A program made the translations under genes and the position numbers. Below, in pieces: positions 8,080-16,000 of a stretch of DNA of 64,000 nucleotides (its first letter is position 1; the number at the start of each line of letters is the position of its first letter). The notes below the pieces were generated by a model that saw nothing but the letters and a program-made list of their open reading frames with translations, made no database searches and had not been told where the DNA came from. Source of the DNA: Candidatus Micrarchaeota archaeon (lineage in GTDB: Archaea; Micrarchaeota; Micrarchaeia; Norongarragalinales; Norongarragalinaceae); assembly GCA_016207165.1 (NCBI GenBank), contig JACQQD010000001.1, positions 64,001 to 128,000 of the forward strand, written 5' to 3'.

Positions 8080-8850
8080 TTAGGGATGCACCGGGCACGT
8101 TTTTCTTTTGGGAACCTCGAAGGTTTGCGTTTGCTGGGTTAAGCCGTTGTAGTGCACGTACGTTCCCGCGCCAGAGTTTTGTTGCAACAAGTTGGCCAGC
8201 CAGGCGTTGACTTGCATGGCGGACACCACGGACGTGGTCGTCGGAAGGGCGGGGGTTTTGGGGTCCAGGTAATCCAGGACTTCCCCGACGCAGCTGTACT
8301 TTTTCCACAGCAGTTTGTAGTCGCGGTTGTTCATGCCGCACTCCAGGCATGAAGACGGTTTGGATACGACCTGCAGCTTTCCAAAGAATCCGTTGGTGCC
8401 GCCATCAAACAGGGGCGCGTAATGATAGGTTTGGGCGTTTGTGTGAAGGCGCGCGCCCAGGTTGTCCAAACAACCAAAAACGGCGTCGTGCGTTTGGAAC
8501 GCGGTTTCCGGAATCGTTTCCACGGCCCGGTGGTCCGGCGTGATGGCGGTGTCAGGAAACGTTTTGGCGGCTTTTTCGACGATGACGTCGGCCTTGAATC
8601 GGTGCGTTTGCGCGTCGCTTGAATCAAAGAAGACGCAGCGGTTCAAGTTGGCCGGAACCACGGTGTCAAAGTCAACGACGGTGATCTTTCCGACGCCCAA
8701 TTGAAGCAAGAGCTTGACGGTTTCGTTGCCCAAGGCCCCTGCTCCGATGACCAAGACGTTTTGCTTCCTGATTTTTTCCTGGTCCCATTGCGCAACGCGT
8801 TTTTGGCGGTCGAAGCGGTCCGCGTCCACAACCTTAATTTCAGGCGCCAT
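8080..8850 (-). CDS. ubiquitin-activating E1-like enzyme (ThiF/UBA family)
   Basis: RFDRQ, GAGALG, DFDTV..NLNR, CLDNLGAR, DGGTNGFFG, CLEC, probable catalytic YSC, terminal CPVH. Confidence 0.93.
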   Translation of the reverse strand: MAPEIKVVDADRFDRQKRVAQWDQEKIRKQNVLVIGAGALGNETVKLLLQLGVGKITVVDFDTVVPANLNRCVFFDSSDAQTHRFKADVIVEKAAKTFPDTAITPDHRAVETIPETAFQTHDAVFGCLDNLGARLHTNAQTYHYAPLFDGGTNGFFGKLQVVSKPSSCLECGMNNRDYKLLWKKYSCVGEVLDYLDPKTPALPTTTSVVSAMQVNAWLANLLQQNSGAGTYVHYNGLTQQTQTFEVPKRKTCPVHP

Positions 8851-8863
8851 GCACGCCTTGTAC

Positions 8864-9643
8864 GTGCCAACGTTTTTCTATTCGACGGACGACGCGGCGG
8901 GCGTGAACGCGGCAAACGCGCTGCGCCACGCCCGACTAAACCGGCCCTTGAAAATCAACGGGTTTGCGGCGTGGCGGTTTGACGGGTTTGATTTGGTGGA
9001 AACGGGTTCGCGGACGGTTCAATTCCAGGATGCGGATTTGTTTGAAACGGATTTGGTCGTGTTCTTGTCTCGTCATGCGTCCGCCTCCAAGACTCCGTGC
9101 TTTACGTGTCACGTGACCGGCAATTTTGGGCCCGCCAATCCGGATATGGGCGGGCGGGATGGAACGCTTTCCCGTGCGTCCGCGTTTTGGTTGAAGCGAT
9201 TTTATCTGGCGCTTCAGGAACGCGCGGGCCACGTCTTTTTGGAGGCCACGCACCACGGCCCAACCCTTCAAACGCCGAGTTTGTTCGTGGAAATTGGTTC
9301 GGAAGGGGCCGAATGGAAGAAACCGGAGAACGGCGTGGCGTTGGCCGAATCGGTGCTGGCCGCGTTGTCTCGAAAGGATGAAGGCAAGGCGGCTTTGGGG
9401 TTGGGTGGCGCGCATTACTGTTCCGCTTTCGCTCCGCTGATGCAGGAGGGCTGGGCCTTGTCGCATGTCGCTTCAAAGCATTCCGTGGGTTTTGTGACGA
9501 AGGACCTCGTCAAGCAGGCGGTGGAAAAGACGGTGGAGCCGGTGGAACATGTTTTCCTGGACTTCAAGGGTTTGCCCGCGGAAAAGAAAAAAGAGATTCC
9601 GGCTTGGTGTGAACAACTGGGTTTGGCGTGGGAGCGGGTTTAG
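8864..9643 (+). CDS. dtdA: D-aminoacyl-tRNA deacylase (archaeal DTD2)
   Basis: YSTDDAAG, FLSRHAS, HVTGN, EATHHGPT, FVEIGS, GGAHY; start GTG 8864 or ATG 8849. Confidence 0.9.
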   Translation: MPTFFYSTDDAAGVNAANALRHARLNRPLKINGFAAWRFDGFDLVETGSRTVQFQDADLFETDLVVFLSRHASASKTPCFTCHVTGNFGPANPDMGGRDGTLSRASAFWLKRFYLALQERAGHVFLEATHHGPTLQTPSLFVEIGSEGAEWKKPENGVALAESVLAALSRKDEGKAALGLGGAHYCSAFAPLMQEGWALSHVASKHSVGFVTKDLVKQAVEKTVEPVEHVFLDFKGLPAEKKKEIPAWCEQLGLAWERV

Positions 9644-10491
9644 ATTCGCGGCCGGTATGGGTGCTTGGGGGTTGGTTTTTTGCCTGCGGCGTGGATTCGT
9701 CGCCACGCGACTTTGACGCGGGCCGTGTTGGGAAGCCGGTAGCTTGGCCGGACGTTGAATCGGGTGGGGCGTTCGGCGTTGGTCAGCTCCGCCAGGGGCA
9801 TGTGTTGGTTGATGTCGCTGGCGGTGGCGTTCCAATTGGCTTGCAGGGATTCGTCGGTGTGGTGTTGTTGGTTCAAGTGCTCTCGCCAAAGACGGATGAG
9901 TTCTTCGTCGCTGTAGCGGTCCATGGCCTTGAGTTGTTTTGGCTCGGGAGACGGCATGGGTGGGCCAGTCAGGTGGCGGGTTTGGTGCTGAAAACCGTTG
10001 AAAAGCAAGTTTCTTTTGATGTGGTTCATTTCCACGCGTCGCGTCAACTCCAGGACTTCGCCGCGGGTGAACGGCCGGAAGCCGTGTCGGGCGTAGAACG
10101 ATCGGAGTTCGTCGCTAGAAAGCCTGCGGTCGCCGATGGCTTGCGGATGCAGGTAGAGTGGCACGTTGGATTTCTTGGCCAATTGCACGACGAGACGGAG
10201 CAGTTCGGAGCCGATTCCTTGTCCGCGGTACGCCGGCGCCACGGAGAGCTGGCTTAACTCGACCCATTCGGAACCCGTCTTGGCGAGCATGTGGCCTTCT
10301 CTAGTCCGGAAGCCCGCGTACGCGACCAAATTGCCCGTTTGCAATTCCCGTACTTGGATGACGGGTTCGCCTTGAAAGTCGCCAGACCAGTGCAATAGTT
10401 CTTCCACCACGACTTTCTTCCCGTCCACGGTGGCTTCGGCGATTTTCCGGGTGCGGGCCACGCGGCCCGTCTCCGTGGCTTTTTCTTCCAT
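9640..10491 (-). CDS. GNAT-family N-acetyltransferase with C-terminal extension
   Basis: LSVAPAYRGQGIGSELL and FYARHGF motifs. Confidence 0.8.
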   Translation of the reverse strand: MEEKATETGRVARTRKIAEATVDGKKVVVEELLHWSGDFQGEPVIQVRELQTGNLVAYAGFRTREGHMLAKTGSEWVELSQLSVAPAYRGQGIGSELLRLVVQLAKKSNVPLYLHPQAIGDRRLSSDELRSFYARHGFRPFTRGEVLELTRRVEMNHIKRNLLFNGFQHQTRHLTGPPMPSPEPKQLKAMDRYSDEELIRLWREHLNQQHHTDESLQANWNATASDINQHMPLAELTNAERPTRFNVRPSYRLPNTARVKVAWRRIHAAGKKPTPKHPYRPRI

Positions 10492-10563
10492 GAAGGTGAC
10501 TTATGGGGTTTGATTTCAAAAAACTTTTCATGCGTCAAAGTTCGGTTGCTTTTTCCCCTTGCT

Positions 10564-11679
10564 TTAGTACTGAGAAAGTTTCCTCTGGGTTAAAATCCGG
10601 CTTTTCTTGAGGTATTGGCTCCAAGGCTGTTTCAAGCGTTTTTTCAGTTCTGTTACGGCGTCGTTGAAGTTGGAGGTTTTGAACGGCGGCCGGGTGAAGG
10701 CGTGCCGCACGTTTTCTCGAACCTCCCAAACGCCTACGGGCACGACGTATTTTGGTGAGACTTCTCGGAACACGATGGCGCGCGCCTGCCGCTTCATCTT
10801 GAAAAGCGCTTCCGCGACGCCGAAGCGTCCGGCGTAGTAGCCGCCGCCCTCGCCTTCCGCGTAACGGGTTCGGCCTTCAAACGCCTCGTATTCGTGTGCG
10901 ATGTTGGACTGGTTTTCAAAGGATTCGAATTGCTCGAACTCCCACGCGCCGGGAAGCAAGAGGATTTCGAAGTGGTTGTACAAATAGTTGTTCGAATAAA
11001 TTCGGTACTCGCCGGTTTCGGGAAACCCTCGGATTTGTTCCAGCCACTCTTTGGCAATCATGTCGTCCGTGGCGGTGATGCTCCACTTGGTTGGAACTAG
11101 TTTTCGCTTTTGGCCCAAAATCCCGGCGGACAACAGTTTTTGGACGTAGTGGTAGTCAAACCGCGGCAGCAGTTCGGAAAGCGCATCTTTGACCTTGAGT
11201 TTTTCCTGGATTAACGCGTCGACTTTCTTGGGCACTTTCGGGTTTTCCGTCAGCCGCATGCGCTCCAAAACCCCGGAGGGCCCCATGGGTTGGACGTGTT
11301 CTGAAAACGAGAGGGAAAACCGAGGCGTTTTTTCGAATTGCATTTCCACGTCCAACGGCTTTTGCGCGGCCGCCAGCCAGAACGCTTCTTCCTCGGTGCG
11401 GTGGACGTGTTGGACGGTGAAGCCGCGGGCAAGCAGTGCGCGGTGGCGCAAGAGTTCCGGGTAATTCAGCCCGTACAAGTCCGTGGGCGCATCCAGTACG
11501 CCTTCATCCAGTCCCACCAGGGGCCCGGCGCGAACGGACGGATACCCGTATTCGCCGACGAACACGTTGGGCGGCGAGGGGCCAAACGTGGTCTTGGATA
11601 GCCTCGGCAAAACCTGGTTTTCCAGGTCCCGCATCCACGTCTTGCCCCGGATCCACTCGTACACGGAATCGCGCTGCAT
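10564..11679 (-). CDS. nreA: Nre-family DNA repair protein
   Basis: GPSPPNVFVGEYGYP, LVPTKWSITATDD, GGYYA, PVGVWEVRE; C-terminal PIP box QRKLSQY. Confidence 0.92.
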   Translation of the reverse strand: MQRDSVYEWIRGKTWMRDLENQVLPRLSKTTFGPSPPNVFVGEYGYPSVRAGPLVGLDEGVLDAPTDLYGLNYPELLRHRALLARGFTVQHVHRTEEEAFWLAAAQKPLDVEMQFEKTPRFSLSFSEHVQPMGPSGVLERMRLTENPKVPKKVDALIQEKLKVKDALSELLPRFDYHYVQKLLSAGILGQKRKLVPTKWSITATDDMIAKEWLEQIRGFPETGEYRIYSNNYLYNHFEILLLPGAWEFEQFESFENQSNIAHEYEAFEGRTRYAEGEGGGYYAGRFGVAEALFKMKRQARAIVFREVSPKYVVPVGVWEVRENVRHAFTRPPFKTSNFNDAVTELKKRLKQPWSQYLKKSRILTQRKLSQY

Positions 11680-11725
11680 GACCTGCCTTTTCCACGCCCC
11701 CGTTTAAGCCCTTTTCCAGACCCAA

Positions 11726-11835
11726 CTCTTTTACCAGTCTCTTACAAGCCTCTTACTAGTACCTCACGAGCCTTTTACGGACCACCAATGGCATCTTATT
11801 GGTCTCTTATGCGGTATCTTACAGAGTCCTTGGTA
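11726..11835. repeat. array of about 10 degenerate repeats, 11-bp period, consensus about CTCTTACnAGY
   Basis: Core positions 11731, 11742, 11753, 11764, 11775, 11786, 11796, 11807, 11819, 11830. Confidence 0.8.
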
Positions 11836-11877
11836 TCAGAGGTGCCCCTTATTCGGCCAATACCGGAATCGTAAGTC

Positions 11878-11885
11878 TTTTATAA
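11878..11885 (+). promoter_or_regulatory. TATA box for the AAA ATPase/histone cluster
   Basis: TTTTATAA; the divergent nreA TATA-like element (CTTAAA on minus) is at about 11703-11708. Confidence 0.6.
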
Positions 11886-11907
11886 GGCTCCGACGTATCC
11901 CTTACTT

Positions 11908-11980
11908 GTGCCTGTTGGGCACGAAACATCTGTGGTGGGGAAAGAAAGCCAAGGGGGTTCACGCCCCCTCGGTTTTCTTT
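11908..11980 (+). other. structured 5' leader with two hairpins
   Basis: GTGCC-tgttg-GGCAC (11908-11922) and AAAGAAAGCCAAGGGGG-ttcacg-CCCCCTCGGTTTTCTTT (11941-11980). Confidence 0.55.
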
Positions 11981-12003
11981 TCGGTTTCGGGTGACTTAGT
12001 TTC

Positions 12004-13131
12004 GTGGAAGTTTTTCAAGCCAAGGAAAAAATGCTGGCCAATTTGGGTTGGAGCGAGAACCCGTTTGTCAAGGATTTGCGGTTTTCCGAGAGGGATTACT
12101 TTCTGAAATTTTATTACCCGTTGGAGGCTCAGGAGATCCTCAAGCGCTTGGCTTTTGACGCCAAGGCCTGCCTGTTCTTGGGGCCCAAGGGTGTTGGAAA
12201 GACTTCGGCCATGTATTTTGTGGCGTACGGCTTGCCCAAAGACCAGTTTGACACCGTGATTTTCAAGGAGCCGCCGCAAAGCTTGGAAGAGTTGGCGGAG
12301 CAAAGCGGTTTTGGCCGGCAAGGCTTCTTGGACAAATTGCTCAAAAAGCCGTTTTCCCGGCAGAACCTCGTGGACGCGCTCAAGCGCCACGGCAAGAAAA
12401 TCGTTTTTTTCCTGGATGAGGCGCATTTGGAGAAAAACCATTCGATGTACATGGAGTTCAAGTATCTTTTGGACGACGTGCCGAACTTGCGGCTGGTCTT
12501 GTCCGCGTTAAGCAAGGAGGGTTTTCCCGACTCGCTTCTGCATTTGGTCGGCGAGCCCAACACGTTCTTGCGCCGGAGTTTCACCGGAGGGGAAATGACG
12601 CGGCTGATTTCGCACCGCATTGCGGCGGTCGGCGGGTCGCCGCTCAAGCCGTTTCCGCAGGCGTATTTGGACTCCATGTTGACGGAACAAAACCTGCTGT
12701 CGCCTCGGTACGTGTTTGACGAGCTCAACGCGTTTCTGGCGGGCTTGGCCACCGGGGAGTCCACGTGGAAGGGCGCGGCGGAGTACGCCGGCAACCCGAT
12801 TGTCGAGGCGGCGGTGGCCGCTTCGGTGGGAACCACGCGGTCGCATGCGGAGTGGTGGCCGCAGTTGTCGCCTTCTCAGAGTGCCATCATGGATTATTTG
12901 TTGCAACAGCGCGAGGCGACCCTTCAAGACATCATGAAGGCCACTTCGTTGTCGCAGAACACGTCGTTTAACGCCTTGTACCAGTTGCGGGGCGATGACG
13001 CGGCGGAAAAAAAGCGCAAGCCCAAGGTGCCTTTTCCTTTGGTCAAGGCCAAAAGCGTGAGGGTGGGCGCGCGCAAGAAGAACGTGTACGTGGTGGTGGA
13101 CAAGGTACGAAACCTGTTCACCACGCATTGA
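12004..13131 (+). CDS. AAA+ ATPase (ExeA/AAA_22-like) with C-terminal wHTH
   Basis: GWSENPF, Walker A GPKGVGKT, Walker B FFLDEAH, LSPSQSAIMDYL...wHTH. Confidence 0.85.
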   Translation: MEVFQAKEKMLANLGWSENPFVKDLRFSERDYFLKFYYPLEAQEILKRLAFDAKACLFLGPKGVGKTSAMYFVAYGLPKDQFDTVIFKEPPQSLEELAEQSGFGRQGFLDKLLKKPFSRQNLVDALKRHGKKIVFFLDEAHLEKNHSMYMEFKYLLDDVPNLRLVLSALSKEGFPDSLLHLVGEPNTFLRRSFTGGEMTRLISHRIAAVGGSPLKPFPQAYLDSMLTEQNLLSPRYVFDELNAFLAGLATGESTWKGAAEYAGNPIVEAAVAASVGTTRSHAEWWPQLSPSQSAIMDYLLQQREATLQDIMKATSLSQNTSFNALYQLRGDDAAEKKRKPKVPFPLVKAKSVRVGARKKNVYVVVDKVRNLFTTH

Positions 13132-13147
13132 AGTGGGGGGAGAGACT

Positions 13148-13282
13148 ATGAAGACGTTGAAGCAGGTGGTTGACGAATTGGCGGAAAGCCGGTCGTCGTA
13201 CAAGTTTTCGGTCCAAAACGGGAAAGTCAAGATTGCCGTGGACGGCTTGATGCACTCGTTGCGCAAGCCGTTCTTGGGTTAG
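13148..13282 (+). CDS. 44-aa small protein (MKTLKQVVDELAESRSSYKF...)
   Basis: Manual translation; G-rich RBS; fills the gap between the ATPase and histone genes. Confidence 0.55.
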   Translation: MKTLKQVVDELAESRSSYKFSVQNGKVKIAVDGLMHSLRKPFLG

Positions 13283-13319
13283 TTCCGGTCATCGGTTCTG
13301 AAGGGGAGAGCAGAACGTT

Positions 13320-13541
13320 ATGGCCATTCGACCCACCAGTCTGTCGTTGTTTGACTCCGATGCCTTGCTTCGCCAAGGCGGCGCCGAGCGCGTCGGCGAG
13401 GACGCGTCCCGCAAATTGGCGGAGATTTTGGAGGACAGCGCTCAGCGCATTGTGGTCGATGCCCAGCGCTTGGCGCGCCACGCGGGGAGGAAACGCATTT
13501 TGCGGGAGGATATCCTGTTGGCGGCCCAAATGATCCGCTAG
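13320..13541 (+). CDS. archaeal histone (HMf-like)
   Basis: GAERVGEDA...LARHAGRKRILREDILLA histone-fold signature. Confidence 0.9.
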   Translation: MAIRPTSLSLFDSDALLRQGGAERVGEDASRKLAEILEDSAQRIVVDAQRLARHAGRKRILREDILLAAQMIR

Positions 13542-13568
13542 CTTTTTTGGGGGTGGAGTCTGACGCGT

Positions 13569-14975
13569 TTAGCGGAGTTGCAGTTGGACTTCCACGACTT
13601 GCTTGATTTTTTTCAGGAACGTTTTGACGTTTTCAGGCGTGGCGTCCAACGAGGCGCCGGCGGCCACGGCGTGTCCTCCACCAAATCCTTGGACGTCTTC
13701 CGCCGCTTTTTTCATGGCTTCGCCTAAATCCAGGCCTTGGGTGCACAAGTCTTTGGACCCGCGTCCGGAGGCCTTCAAGGCGCCTTGCTCGTCGACGCTC
13801 AAGCCGATGACGGGCTTGGTGCGTTGGACCAGTCCCGAGGAAAAATACGCTCCGCAGACGACGCCGATGATGGTGTCCGAAATTGTTCCGCGTCCGTCGA
13901 TCAGATAGAATGCGCCGGCGTCCACCGCGTTTTTCTTGGCGAATTCAATGCCTTGTCGGACGGCCAGGCGGTGTTTTTTGAGCAGGTCTTGTGCTTGTTG
14001 CAGGGCTCCGTCTTGGCCCAGGCACGCGCCAATGCCGATTTGGGGCGCGTCGTGGCGCCCGCAGGCGTTCAACAAGGTGGAGAATTCGTAGGCTTCTTTT
14101 CGTTCGGAGCCCTCCGGTTCAAAGGGAAACACGTAGACGTCCCCCACCATTTGCCGGATGAGTTTTTCCTCCACGCCTTGCGCGTACGCGTACTGGATGA
14201 GGGCGGAGGCGAGTTTTTTCCGTTCAAACACGTTGAGTCCGTAGTAGGAAAGCGTTTTTCCGTCGCGGTACGTGGGAACGCCTTCGTTTTTCAGGAATAC
14301 GGCGCAGGCCTTGTCGTCGCCGGTCAAGCCCGGAAGCACGGGTTCGGTGCAGTACGTCAGAAACGACACCAGGGAGCGCGTGACTTTGCCGAACAATTTG
14401 AGGTCGTTGGTGTGCAGGACTTGTCCTTGGTTTACGGCTTCTTGGAACATGCGTTGGTTGAGTCCCTGGAAACCGTTTTGGTCCTGCATGTCGCCGACGG
14501 CTCCGACGATGCCCAGTTGCGCGGAGAGGCCCGTATGACGGAAGCAGTACCAGGCCGTGGAGGCCGAGCAGGCGTCCACGGCTCCGTCAAATTCGAAGTC
14601 ATGGCAGTTGATTCGTTCAATGTCTGAGTCTTTGGAGGGCGGGTGGTGGTCGATGACCACTTTTTTTGGGTTGGACATGCCTTCCACGAGTTCCAGTTGT
14701 CCGGCGCCCAAATCGGTGAAGACCAGTTCCTTGTCCGGCGGGATGGACTTGGCGGAGGCGTCGTCGAGTTTCTTGAGCATCAAGGTCGGCGCGTTTTTGC
14801 CTTTCAACTGAAAGGCTTTTTTGGCCAACGCCGCGGAAGTCAGTCCGTCGCAGTCCAGGTGGTGGACGATGAGCGGGTCCTGAAAGGCCAATGCCCATTC
14901 CCCGATTTGGCGGGCCTTTTTCTCGAAGCCGTCCGCGTCCGGGGAACGGGGCGCCGTTGGCAGCGTGGTTTGCAT
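13569..14975 (-). CDS. RecJ-like DHH/DHHA1 phosphoesterase
   Basis: HHLDCDG, TDLG, IDHH, GAVGD, LLNACGR, SGRG, GGGHAVAAG. Confidence 0.92.
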   Translation of the reverse strand: MQTTLPTAPRSPDADGFEKKARQIGEWALAFQDPLIVHHLDCDGLTSAALAKKAFQLKGKNAPTLMLKKLDDASAKSIPPDKELVFTDLGAGQLELVEGMSNPKKVVIDHHPPSKDSDIERINCHDFEFDGAVDACSASTAWYCFRHTGLSAQLGIVGAVGDMQDQNGFQGLNQRMFQEAVNQGQVLHTNDLKLFGKVTRSLVSFLTYCTEPVLPGLTGDDKACAVFLKNEGVPTYRDGKTLSYYGLNVFERKKLASALIQYAYAQGVEEKLIRQMVGDVYVFPFEPEGSERKEAYEFSTLLNACGRHDAPQIGIGACLGQDGALQQAQDLLKKHRLAVRQGIEFAKKNAVDAGAFYLIDGRGTISDTIIGVVCGAYFSSGLVQRTKPVIGLSVDEQGALKASGRGSKDLCTQGLDLGEAMKKAAEDVQGFGGGHAVAAGASLDATPENVKTFLKKIKQVVEVQLQLR

Positions 14976-15027
14976 GGAGTTTGAACTGGATGAAACCGCT
15001 TAAATGGCTTGGCGTTAAATTCTCGTC

Positions 15028-15285
15028 ATGTCCCGCATTTCCCGCGAGCGCTTCCACAAGATTGCCGAGCAGGTGTTGGGCGTCTTGTACGACTCTTTTC
15101 CCATACCGCTTTCCACGCGAAAAGTCGCCGAGGAAATCGCGCGGGACAACGAGTTCACGTTGAAGGTCCTGCTTTTCTTGGAGCAACAAAAACTGGTGTC
15201 GAAAGTGGACCAGGGCAAGACGGGTTTGCTTGAAAGAACGGTGCGGTGGAAGATTTCTGCGTCGGCCAGAACCAAAATGGGTTGA
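15028..15285 (+). CDS. small winged-helix protein
   Basis: PLSTRKVAEEIARD...LLFLEQQKLV wHTH pattern. Confidence 0.7.
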   Translation: MSRISRERFHKIAEQVLGVLYDSFPIPLSTRKVAEEIARDNEFTLKVLLFLEQQKLVSKVDQGKTGLLERTVRWKISASARTKMG

Positions 15286-15312
15286 CTTCCGAGTGCGACA
15301 ACGCTTAAATAC

Positions 15313-15322
15313 GTGCATGCAC
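15313..15322. promoter_or_regulatory. palindromic operator upstream of the toxin-antitoxin pair
   Basis: GTGCATGCAC directly after TATA-like CTTAAATA. Confidence 0.45.
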
Positions 15323-15344
15323 ACGTTATTTCAGGTGTTTGCAC

Positions 15345-15587
15345 ATGGTTAATGTGACGCTGAGCATTCCGCCAAAGCTCAAGGCGAAGATGTCAAAGAT
15401 GAATTACGTCAACTGGAGTGCGGTTATCCGTTCCATCATCGAGAAAAAGATAGAGGACTTTGAGGTGGCTGAGAAACTATTGTCCAAGAGCCGGTTTTCG
15501 GAGGCGGACCTCAAGAAGTTCATGGTGGGCGTGGACGAGGACTTCCGCCAGGAAGGGCGGAGGCTGTTGGATGAGGCTCACGGTTGA
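15345..15587 (+). CDS. RHH antitoxin (VapB-like)
   Basis: MVNVTLSIP...VNWSAVIR; overlaps the PIN gene. Confidence 0.8.
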   Translation: MVNVTLSIPPKLKAKMSKMNYVNWSAVIRSIIEKKIEDFEVAEKLLSKSRFSEADLKKFMVGVDEDFRQEGRRLLDEAHG

Positions 15588-15984
15588 CGCGAACGTGTTT
15601 TTCGCGGCATTGATTCGGTCTGGCCTTTCTCGGCGCATCCTGTTCCACCCGGACTTGGACCTGTCGTCGCCTTACTTCCTCTTGGACGAGGTTCGCAAGT
15701 ACCGTTCCGTTCTGCTTGCCAAATCGCGTTTGCCGGAAGCCGAGTTTGATGACGCAATGGCCCTGTTTTTGTCCCAGATTGAATTGGTTCCCAAGAACGC
15801 GGTTTTGCCGTACGTGCCGGCGGCATCCCAGTTGGTGGTGGATCCCAAGGACTGGCCGTATTTGGCGTGCGCGTTGGCCAAGGATTCTGAGATCCTTTCG
15901 AACGACCCCCATTTGCACGCCCAAAAGAGGGTAACGGTTTATTCCGTTAATCAGTTGGCCAAGACCCTGAGCCTGATTCGGTAG
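15571..15984 (+). CDS. PIN-domain toxin (VapC-like)
   Basis: VDANVFFAALI, DPKDWPYLACAL, SND. Confidence 0.88.
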   Translation: MRLTVDANVFFAALIRSGLSRRILFHPDLDLSSPYFLLDEVRKYRSVLLAKSRLPEAEFDDAMALFLSQIELVPKNAVLPYVPAASQLVVDPKDWPYLACALAKDSEILSNDPHLHAQKRVTVYSVNQLAKTLSLIR

Positions 15985-16000
15985 CTTGGGGCTTGGCGGC

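Noticed and set aside
5298-8850. Ubl and E1 as a ThiS/MoaD/SAMP sulfur-transfer pair
   Set aside because: A true UBC E2 and a RING-like gene are linked, the Ubl pattern is ubiquitin-like, and no thiamine or Moco genes are nearby.
11726-11835. Repeat array as CRISPR
   Set aside because: Units are about 11 bp with no spacers, and there are no cas genes in the window.
12004-13131. Calling the ATPase Orc1/Cdc6
   Set aside because: The architecture is similar, but Cdc6-specific motifs and ORB elements were not seen.
15345-15984. Toxin-antitoxin pair as a marker of a mobile element
   Set aside because: No integrase, transposase or terminal repeats nearby; stand-alone vapBC pairs are common in archaea.
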